Positions 15,909 to 23,106 of a stretch of 32,000 nucleotides of DNA are shown here, one piece after another. The position numbers were made by a program, and so were the translations under genes. Source of the DNA: Geotalea uraniireducens Rf4 (GTDB lineage: Bacteria; Desulfobacterota; Desulfuromonadia; Geobacterales; Geobacteraceae); NCBI RefSeq assembly GCF_000016745.1, contig NC_009483.1:600001-632000 (forward strand), in the 5' to 3' direction. The notes below the pieces were generated by a model, which searched no databases, had not been told where the DNA came from, and saw only the letters and a program-made list of their open reading frames with translations. The number at the start of each line of letters is the position of its first letter. The stretch's first letter is position 1.

Positions 15909-17039
15909 ATGACCAAGCGGATGTTACTCATGCTGGCGGCAGTCGCCCTTTTGTTCGGCGGCATTTTCGGCTACCAGGCTTTCCAGGCGCGGATGGCGAA
16001 GAAATCCATGGCTGCCGGCCAGGCGCCGCTCATGACGGTAACCACGATCACGGCCAAGTCTCTCCCCTGGCAGCCTCAACTCAAAGCGGTGGGAAGCCTG
16101 CGTGCCGTGCGCGGCGTCGACGTCACCTGCGAAATCGCCGGCCTGGTGCGGTCGGTGCAGTTCAGGTCGGGGAACGATGTGAAGGCGGGGCAGTTGCTGG
16201 TGCAGCTCAACGCCGATGCCGACGTCGCCTTGTTGCGATCCCTCCGGGCGGCGGCCGATCTGGCAAGTACCGTCTATATCCGCGATATAAAGCAGTTTGC
16301 CGTAAAGGGGGTAAGCCAGGCGACGCTGGACGCCGACGCTGCCGATCTCAAGGTGAAGCAGGCCCAGGTAGCGCAGCAGGAGGCTTTGGTCGACAAAAAG
16401 ATTATTCGCGCCCCCTTTACCGGTCGGCTCGGCATCACAACCGTCAACCCGGGCCAGTACCTGAACCCGGGGGACAAGATCGTCACCCTGCAAGCGCTCG
16501 ATGCAATCTATGCCGATTTTTACCTTCCCCAGCAGGAGCTGGCGAGCATCGCCCTCGGCCAGACGGTGGCCGTCACTACCGACTCCTACCCCGGCCGCAT
16601 CTTCAGCGGCAGGATCACCGCCGTCAACCCGCGGGTGGACCCGGAGACGCGCAATTTCCAGGTAGAGGCGACCATCGCCAATCCCCGTCACGTGCTTTTG
16701 CCGGGTATGTACGTCACGGTCGAGGTCCGGGCCGGAGCCGGGCAAAACTTCCTGACGTTGCCACAGACGGCGGTGACCTTCAACCCATACGGGGAGACCA
16801 TCTATATCGTCGAGGAAAAGGGGCAAAGGCCGGACGGCAAACCGCTCCTGATCGCCAGGCAGACCTTTGTTACCGTAGGCCCCACCCGCGGCGACCAGGT
16901 GGCTATCCTCACCGGGGTGAAGGATGGGGAAGAGGTGGTCACCAGCGGCCAGTTGAAGCTGAAGAACGGCAGTCCGGTGATCGTCGACAACCGGATCCAG
17001 CCAAGTAATAATGCCGCTCCCCGGCCGATGGACGAGTGA
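15909..17039 (+). CDS. RND efflux periplasmic adaptor (membrane fusion protein, HlyD/MdtA-like)
   Basis: N-terminal TM anchor (MLLMLAAVALLFGGIFGY), followed by lipoyl/beta-barrel adaptor sequence features. GGAG lies 9 nt before ATG 15909. ATG 15894 and the ORF-track start at 15840 are alternatives. Confidence 0.9.
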   Translation: MTKRMLLMLAAVALLFGGIFGYQAFQARMAKKSMAAGQAPLMTVTTITAKSLPWQPQLKAVGSLRAVRGVDVTCEIAGLVRSVQFRSGNDVKAGQLLVQLNADADVALLRSLRAAADLASTVYIRDIKQFAVKGVSQATLDADAADLKVKQAQVAQQEALVDKKIIRAPFTGRLGITTVNPGQYLNPGDKIVTLQALDAIYADFYLPQQELASIALGQTVAVTTDSYPGRIFSGRITAVNPRVDPETRNFQVEATIANPRHVLLPGMYVTVEVRAGAGQNFLTLPQTAVTFNPYGETIYIVEEKGQRPDGKPLLIARQTFVTVGPTRGDQVAILTGVKDGEEVVTSGQLKLKNGSPVIVDNRIQPSNNAAPRPMDE

Positions 17040-17054
17040 AAATCCACCACACTT

Positions 17055-17165
17055 CCCCCCCCCTCACTCTAGCCCTCTCCTTTAGGCCCGCAATATGGGT
17101 CCACAAGGGGCGAGGGGACTTTAAAGCTCCCCTCCCTTGATGGGAGGGGGTGGGGGAGGGGGCTC
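17055..17165. repeat. C-run/G-run palindromic element in the MFP-RND spacer
   Basis: CCCTCTCCTTT (17073-17083) pairs imperfectly with AAGGGGCGAGGG (17105-17116). CCCCTCCC (17129-17136) / GGGAGGGG (17142-17149) is a perfect hairpin. The element is flanked by C8 and GGGGGAGGGGG runs. Confidence 0.4.
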
Positions 17166-17237
17166 TGTGTCTGGTTCAAAGATTAAAGCTCTTCTCCGTG
17201 TCTCCGTGGTGATGGGTTATTTGGAATAAGGCACCCT

Positions 17238-20200
17238 ATGCACTTTACCGACATTTTCATACGCCGCCCGGTGCTGGCCACAGTGGTCAGCCTGCTGATC
17301 CTGGTGCTGGGGCTCCGCTCCATGGGGGTGCTCAAGGTCCGCGAGTATCCTGAGACCCAAAATGCGGTCGTTACCGTAGCCACCACCTATACCGGCGCCG
17401 ACCCGGCCCTTGTGGCCGGCTTCATCACTACGCCGCTGGAAAACTCCATTGCACAGGCCAACGGCATCGACTATCTCACTTCGGCGAGCATCCAGAGCCA
17501 GAGCACGATCCAGGCGTACCTGCGCCTCAACTATGACCCGAACAAGGCGCTGACCGAGATCAACACGAAGGTCAACGCCGTGCTCAACCAGTTGCCGAAA
17601 GATACGCAGCAGCCGGTAATCACCGTGGCCATCGGCGAGGCCATCGATTCCATGTACATCGGCTTTTACAGCAAGGTGCTCCCCACCAACAAGATCACCG
17701 ACTATCTGATCCGGGTGGTGCAGCCGAAGCTTCAGGCCGTGGAAGGTGTGCAGACCGCCGAGGTCCTCGGCCAGCGCCGGTTCGCCCTGAGGGCATGGCT
17801 CGATCCGGTAAAAATGGCGGCCTTCGGCGTTACCGCCGGCGACGTGAGCACCGCGCTTGCCAACAACGACTTCATCTCCGCAGTTGGACGCACCAAGGGG
17901 CAGATGGTGACCGTCGACCTTATAGCCACGACGAATCTTCACTCGGTCGACGAGTTCCGAAACATGGTGCTGAAGAGCGCCAACGGCGCCATCGTCCGTC
18001 TCGGCAACGTGGCCAGCGTCACGCTCGGCTCCGAAAACTACGATACTGCGGTCGGTTTCGACGGCGAGAGCGCCGTCTACATCGGCATCAAGGTGGCGCC
18101 GACCGCCAACCTGCTCACGGTAATCGACGGGGTGCGCAAGGTGTTCCCGGTGGTCGAGCAACAGCTACCCGAAGGGCTCTCCGGCCGTATCGTCTACGAC
18201 GCCACAAAGTACGTGAACAGTTCGATTCACGAGGTGATCACTACCCTGCTCGAAGCGCTCGCGATCGTTACCCTGGTGATCTTCCTCGTCCTCGGCTCGT
18301 TGCGGTCGGTGATCATCCCGACCATCGCCATGCCGCTGTCGCTGATCGGCGCATTCTTCATCATGCTGCTCATGGGCTATACCATCAACCTGCTGACTTT
18401 GCTGGCGCTGGTACTGGCGATCGGCCTCGTGGTCGACGATGCGATCATCGTCGTGGAGAACGTGCACCGCCACATGGAAAACGGTATGGCGCCCATGGAG
18501 GCGTCGATTCAGGGTGCACGCGAGCTGGCCGGGCCGATTATCGCCATTTCGGTGGTGCTGGTTGCGGTCTACGTCCCCATCGGCTTCATGGGAGGGCTCA
18601 CCGGTGCGCTCTTCACCGAGTTCGCCTATACCCTGGCCGGGGCGGTGGCGGTTTCGGCGGTCATCGCCCTCACGCTGTCGCCGATGATGTGTTCGCGCTC
18701 CCTCAAGTCGTTCGACCATGGCGCTCAGAGCCGTTTCGTGCAATTCATCGACGGCCGGTTCGCCTTGTTGCGCCGCGGCTACGAACGGCTTCTCGCCGGA
18801 GCCCTCAACTATCTGCCCGTGACCGTCGTCTTTGCCGTGATCATCCTGGCCAGCAACTACTTCCTCTATGCCAACGCCAAGAGCGAGCTGGCGCCCCAGG
18901 AGGACCAGGGCTATTTTCTTTCGCTCATCACTGCCGCCCCAAATGCCACGCTCGAACAGACGCAGCTCAATTCGCGCCAGGTGTACCGGACCTTTGCCGG
19001 CTATCCTGAATGCGACCATGTCTTTCAGCTGGACGGCATCACCGGCCTCAACTCGGGACTCGCCGGTATGGTCCTGAAACCTTGGGAGGAGCGCAAACGC
19101 ACGGTCATGCAGATCTACCCGGACGTGCAGATGCGCCTGTTCGGCATCGCCGGAGTGCGGGCGGTCGCGTTCCAGCCGTCTCCCTTGCCCGGCAGCGGCG
19201 GCGGCCTGCCGGTGCAGTTCGTGGTCGGCACCACCGAACCCTTCGAGCGGTTGAACGAGGTCTCCCAGGCGCTGATGGCCAAGGCCTACGCCAGCGGCAT
19301 GTTCGCTTTCATCGACACCGACCTGAAGATCGATAAGCCGCAAGTTACCGTGGAGATAGATCGCGACAAGGCCGCCCAGCTGGGGCTGACCATGCGAGAC
19401 GTGGGCGACGTGCTGGGAGCGATGCTGGGGGAAGGATACGTCAACTACTTCGACCTGGCCGGCCGCTCCTACAAGGTAATCCCCCAGGTGATGCAGCGGG
19501 AGCGGCTCAACGCCGCGCAGCTGCGGGATTACTACCTTACCACCGCCGGCGGCGTCTCGATCCCGCTCGCAACCATCGCCCAGCTCAAGACGACTGTTGT
19601 GCCGGAGTCCCTCAACCACTTTCAGCAGCTCAACTCGGCGACCATCTCCGGGGTGCCGGTCCCCGGCGTTACCCTGGGCCAGGCCCTGGAGACCCTCAAT
19701 GGAATTGCCAAAGACGTGATGCCGCAAGGGTACGGCATCGATTACGCAGGCCAGTTGCGGCAGTACGTGCAGGAGTCGAGTGCGCTTCTGGTTACCTTCT
19801 TCTTCGCCCTGATCATCATCTTCCTGTCACTGGCCGCGCTGTTCGAAAGCTTCCGCGATCCGTTCACCGTCCTTATCAGCGTGCCCATGTCGATCTGCGG
19901 GGCGATGATCTTCATCAGCCTCGGGGTGGGGGGCGCCAGTCTCAACATCTATACAGAGGTGGGTCTGGTGACGCTGATCGGCCTGATCAGCAAACACGGC
20001 ATACTGATCGTCCAGTTTGCCAACGACCTGCAGCGGGAAGGGAAGGGGAAACGCGAGGCTGTTGAGCTTGCCGCCGCCATCCGCCTGCGGCCGATCCTGA
20101 TGACCACAGCGGCGATGGTGCTGGGGGTGTTGCCGCTGGTGACCGCCTCCGGCGCCGGAGCCGTTGGGCGCTTCAATATGGGGCTGGTGATCATGACCGG

Positions 20201-20318
20201 CATTGCCATCGGCACTCTGTTCACCCTGTTCGTAGTGCCGGCCATGTATATGTTACTCGCGGCGGAGCACGCCGGGCAAAATCCGGCAAAAATACCGGAA
20301 ACGAAAGGAGATCATTGA
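17238..20318 (+). CDS. RND multidrug efflux permease (AcrB/MdtB/MdtC family)
   Basis: 1026 aa with the canonical N-terminus MHFTDIFIRRPVLATVVSLLILVLGL, a 12-TM layout and two large periplasmic loops. Confidence 0.95.
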   Translation: MHFTDIFIRRPVLATVVSLLILVLGLRSMGVLKVREYPETQNAVVTVATTYTGADPALVAGFITTPLENSIAQANGIDYLTSASIQSQSTIQAYLRLNYDPNKALTEINTKVNAVLNQLPKDTQQPVITVAIGEAIDSMYIGFYSKVLPTNKITDYLIRVVQPKLQAVEGVQTAEVLGQRRFALRAWLDPVKMAAFGVTAGDVSTALANNDFISAVGRTKGQMVTVDLIATTNLHSVDEFRNMVLKSANGAIVRLGNVASVTLGSENYDTAVGFDGESAVYIGIKVAPTANLLTVIDGVRKVFPVVEQQLPEGLSGRIVYDATKYVNSSIHEVITTLLEALAIVTLVIFLVLGSLRSVIIPTIAMPLSLIGAFFIMLLMGYTINLLTLLALVLAIGLVVDDAIIVVENVHRHMENGMAPMEASIQGARELAGPIIAISVVLVAVYVPIGFMGGLTGALFTEFAYTLAGAVAVSAVIALTLSPMMCSRSLKSFDHGAQSRFVQFIDGRFALLRRGYERLLAGALNYLPVTVVFAVIILASNYFLYANAKSELAPQEDQGYFLSLITAAPNATLEQTQLNSRQVYRTFAGYPECDHVFQLDGITGLNSGLAGMVLKPWEERKRTVMQIYPDVQMRLFGIAGVRAVAFQPSPLPGSGGGLPVQFVVGTTEPFERLNEVSQALMAKAYASGMFAFIDTDLKIDKPQVTVEIDRDKAAQLGLTMRDVGDVLGAMLGEGYVNYFDLAGRSYKVIPQVMQRERLNAAQLRDYYLTTAGGVSIPLATIAQLKTTVVPESLNHFQQLNSATISGVPVPGVTLGQALETLNGIAKDVMPQGYGIDYAGQLRQYVQESSALLVTFFFALIIIFLSLAALFESFRDPFTVLISVPMSICGAMIFISLGVGGASLNIYTEVGLVTLIGLISKHGILIVQFANDLQREGKGKREAVELAAAIRLRPILMTTAAMVLGVLPLVTASGAGAVGRFNMGLVIMTGIAIGTLFTLFVVPAMYMLLAAEHAGQNPAKIPETKGDH

Positions 20319-20319
20319 C

Positions 20320-21345
20320 ATGAAAAGAGTTATCTTCGGGGAGGCAAGGGTATTCGTGGTCAGCCTGCTTCTGCTCCTGATGCCGGCAATGGTCTTTGCC
20401 CAAGCGGGACAGATAAAGCCGGGCGCGCCGCCGATCGAACAACCGTTGGTCAGTGAAGGCGACTTCGCAGTAAGGCTGGGGTCGGCACTGGCCGTGACAA
20501 CGACCGATGATGAGGTCGAGGCAGAGAGCCGGCTCGGCGAACTGGGCATTGCGCCACGGAACGGGTGGATCGCCGATTACCCGGTTACGCCCGATATTAT
20601 CGTCGAGTTGCAGAATTCGCTGGTTGAGGCTGTGGCGTCCGGCAAGCTGTTGTTGAGCAAGGACGAGGCACATAAGAAGTTGTCCGATGTTGTTGCAGAG
20701 TTCGGCTTGGCACTCAAGCCATATACTGCCGGCGCAATCTACGAACCCACCCCCGCCAGTTGCGAGAATTACCCGAATCCCGCAGTGGTGGAGAAAAGTT
20801 ATACCAGTGAAGGTGCGCCGGTCGTCACGTACTACTGTCCACCGCCGGACTACTACAGCCTGTATGCCTGGGTCCCTTATCCGTTCTGGTGGTCCGATTT
20901 ATGGTTTCCCGGATTTTTTATCCTCCATGATTTCCATAGGGTGGTCCACGTGCATCGGAAAGTGTCGGTCATCACCAACCACTTCAACGACGTCAGAACT
21001 CACCGGGTTTTCCGGGTCGATCCGGTGGAGAGATCCAGGGGGAAAACATTCGCAGGCATAGGTGTGACGCGGCCTAAGGATTATATCCAGACGGGGGTGC
21101 CGAGAGGTGAAAGGACCATTTTCAACGCTCCCCGTGCACTGAAGATGCCCGCCGGCGGAGCTGCTACCCCGCCTGTTCGCGGCGGAGAAAGGGTCAGCCC
21201 GGTCCTTCGCGGGGGGGAAAAGATCGCCCCGGCCCCTCGGGGCGGCGAAAGGATCACCCCTCCTTCCGGTGGTGTAAGGATCAGCCCCCCTTCCGGTGGC
21301 GTAAGGACCAGTCCCCCTTCCGGTGGCGGGAGGGAACGAAGATAG
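20320..21345 (+). CDS. Secreted hypothetical protein with an aromatic-rich core and C-terminal RGGE(R/K)xxP / PPSGGVRxS tandem repeats
   Basis: Signal peptide VFVVSLLLLLMPAMVFAQA. The ATG is 1 nt after the RND stop codon, and AAAGGAG (20304-20310) lies inside the RND 3' end. Nucleotide tandem repeats span about 21170-21335. Confidence 0.7.
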   Translation: MKRVIFGEARVFVVSLLLLLMPAMVFAQAGQIKPGAPPIEQPLVSEGDFAVRLGSALAVTTTDDEVEAESRLGELGIAPRNGWIADYPVTPDIIVELQNSLVEAVASGKLLLSKDEAHKKLSDVVAEFGLALKPYTAGAIYEPTPASCENYPNPAVVEKSYTSEGAPVVTYYCPPPDYYSLYAWVPYPFWWSDLWFPGFFILHDFHRVVHVHRKVSVITNHFNDVRTHRVFRVDPVERSRGKTFAGIGVTRPKDYIQTGVPRGERTIFNAPRALKMPAGGAATPPVRGGERVSPVLRGGEKIAPAPRGGERITPPSGGVRISPPSGGVRTSPPSGGGRERR

Positions 21346-21359
21346 TAGATTTACATCCG

Positions 21360-22157
21360 TTATGCGTGGCGGTCGAGGGCTTCTTTGACGTTGGTGACGA
21401 GGTTGAGGAGGCGCGGACCGATGTCGTCTTCGAGCATGTGCCGACGCAGCTGGAAGGCTGCGCCGACACAGCTGAAGACGAGGATGCGGGAACCGTCGGT
21501 GGGGACGAGGGGGGTGGCAACGGCGTGGACGTCCTTTTTCCAGTCGCCGAGGGAGAGGCAGAACCCCAGTTCCGCATAGTCCTTGAGGGCCTGCTCGATG
21601 CCGGCGTTTATCCTCGGCCAGTCGGCTTCGTTGCGAAGCCGGATTTGCTCCATGAGGCTTGCCCGTTCCGCCTCCGGCAGGGCACAGAGGAGCGCTCGTC
21701 CCATGGAGGTGGTGGCAATGGGTATCTGCGAGCCGACTCCGAGGGTCAGGGTGACCATGGCGCTGCTCCGGTAAGCTTCCACGTAGAGCATGTTGAGCCG
21801 GTCCTGAACGCCGATGGTAACCGAGGCCTGGGCGTATTCGCCCAACTCCTGCATGAAGGGGCGGGCGATGCGACGGACGTCCAGGTTTGCGAGGAATGAG
21901 TAGCCGAGGGCAAGTACGGCTGAGTCGAGATAGTACTTGCCGAACTTCTCCGAGTAACTCAGGTAGCCGAGCTTGGTCAGCGTATAGGTGAGGCGGGAGA
22001 CCGTCGGTTTCGGCAGACCGGTGCGTGCGGCGATCTCCTGGTTGCCGAGAAGCCTGTCTCCCGGCTTGAAGCAGCGCAGTACCTCCAGCCCCCGCTCCAA
22101 GGCGCGGATCGACTGTCGATCGTTCTCTTCACCGCTGGCAGTATTCTCCTTTCCCAT
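21360..22157 (-). CDS. IclR-family transcriptional regulator
   Basis: N-terminal winged HTH (SIRALERGLEVLRCF...NQEIAARTGLPKPTVSRLTYTLTKLGYL) plus a C-terminal IclR effector-binding domain. I prefer ATG 22157 (MGKENTAS) because a palindromic operator lies at 22176-22190, inside the longer ORF-track version. Confidence 0.9.
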   Translation of the reverse strand: MGKENTASGEENDRQSIRALERGLEVLRCFKPGDRLLGNQEIAARTGLPKPTVSRLTYTLTKLGYLSYSEKFGKYYLDSAVLALGYSFLANLDVRRIARPFMQELGEYAQASVTIGVQDRLNMLYVEAYRSSAMVTLTLGVGSQIPIATTSMGRALLCALPEAERASLMEQIRLRNEADWPRINAGIEQALKDYAELGFCLSLGDWKKDVHAVATPLVPTDGSRILVFSCVGAAFQLRRHMLEDDIGPRLLNLVTNVKEALDRHA

Positions 22158-22175
22158 AAACAAACCCCCCCAATG

Positions 22176-22190
22176 TTTCACTCTGCGAAA
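22176..22190. promoter_or_regulatory. Operator-like palindrome 1 (TTTCAC-TCT-GCGAAA)
   Basis: One mismatch to TTTCGC-N3-GCGAAA. It lies 19 nt upstream of the preferred iclR start. The extended flank GCGAAATTGTCGGT resembles site 3. Confidence 0.45.
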
Positions 22191-22250
22191 TTGTCGGTAG
22201 ATTTGCATAAGCGTTAAGAGATGTCAAACAGTATTTACATCGAACATATG

Positions 22251-22265
22251 TTTCGCCGTGCGAAA
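22251..22265. promoter_or_regulatory. Operator-like palindrome 2 (TTTCGC-CGT-GCGAAA)
   Basis: Perfect 6+3+6 inverted repeat in the divergent intergenic region. Confidence 0.5.
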
Positions 22266-22425
22266 TTAATGGCTGACGCCGCCTATTTTTCGGTGTGATT
22301 CCTACGAGCGAAGCCAGAACCATACAGGATGAGATGTATACTGTGATAATTAAAAAAAAATCAGAAAAAATATGTTTACACAATCCGCAGATGGCGCTAT
22401 AAAACTAGTGAATTTAGAAATACAG

Positions 22426-22440
22426 TTTCGCAGAGCGAAA
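22426..22440. promoter_or_regulatory. Operator-like palindrome 3 (TTTCGC-AGA-GCGAAA)
   Basis: Perfect inverted repeat ending 24 nt upstream of the RHH gene ATG. Confidence 0.5.
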
Positions 22441-22463
22441 TTATCGGTGTATGAGGTCATGAC

Positions 22464-22640
22464 ATGGGTGCCAGGAAAAAGAAACCACGTTACAACGTCG
22501 TGTCGTTGCGGATCAGTAATGATGAGAAGCAAGAACTCGACAAGGTCGCCAGGCTGTCAAACCGGAACATCTCCGAAGTTATGCGTGAGGCGGTAGGGCT
22601 CATCCAGGTAAAGCTCGAAAAGGGGGAGCTGTTTCAGTAG
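22464..22640 (+). CDS. Ribbon-helix-helix (CopG/MetJ-like) DNA-binding protein, 58 aa
   Basis: Not in the ORF track because it is under 60 aa. GAGG lies 7 nt before the ATG. The sequence is MGARKKKPRYNVVSLRISNDEKQELDKVARLSNRNISEVMREAVGLIQVKLEKGELFQ: a basic tail, a beta-strand (VVSLRIS) and two helices, the classic RHH pattern. Confidence 0.6.
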   Translation: MGARKKKPRYNVVSLRISNDEKQELDKVARLSNRNISEVMREAVGLIQVKLEKGELFQ

Positions 22641-22725
22641 TCAAGCTGAGCGACATCGGCTGTTATGGCGGGACTCGATTCCTTGGGCCGGTGCGATTAC
22701 TATTCTATGTATGTGGAGAGACAAA

Positions 22726-23082
22726 ATGCTTAAAGCAAAACGCGTGCAAACGGTTGAGACAAGCGAAAAGACCTTGGAACTTCTCGAGATACTGGCGGCC
22801 GGGGGGGAGGGACTTCATATCGGTGCTCTGGCAGACAAGCTGCAGATCAGCAGCAAAAAGGTTCTTCTTCTCCTCGTTACCCTGGAATGCCATGGGATGG
22901 TTACGTGGGACGATCGGAGCAGGAAATACCGGACAGGCGGAAGAAGCGAGGCGTTGGCGCGCCAAATACTGAACCAGCCTGAAGTCAGGAAGACCGATTC
23001 GGCGGCGGTTGTTTCTCAAAAGTCGAGTCAGTCAAAGGTAAGGAGCAAGAGGCAGATTTCCCTGTCGCCTCCCCTGCCTTAA
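22726..23082 (+). CDS. IclR-type winged-HTH-only protein (no effector domain) with a basic, low-complexity tail
   Basis: TLELLEILAAGGEGLHIGALADKLQISSKKVLLLLVTLECHGMVTWD resembles the N-terminal HTH of IclR regulators. GGAGAG lies 5 nt before ATG 22726. The protein ends after about 118 aa. Confidence 0.55.
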   Translation: MLKAKRVQTVETSEKTLELLEILAAGGEGLHIGALADKLQISSKKVLLLLVTLECHGMVTWDDRSRKYRTGGRSEALARQILNQPEVRKTDSAAVVSQKSSQSKVRSKRQISLSPPLP

Positions 23083-23106
23083 GAGAGGAGATGGGAAATG
23101 GCTTCT

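Noticed and set aside
14653-19727. Long ORFs overlapping the efflux genes on the opposite strand or in other frames (14653-15747 minus, 15608-17008 plus, 17217-18161 minus, 17795-19009 plus, 18165-19727 minus and others).
   Set aside because: They are Arg/Gly/Pro/His-rich translations typical of off-frame reading of GC-rich DNA and have no motifs. The chosen frames match the OMF, MFP and RND families end to end.
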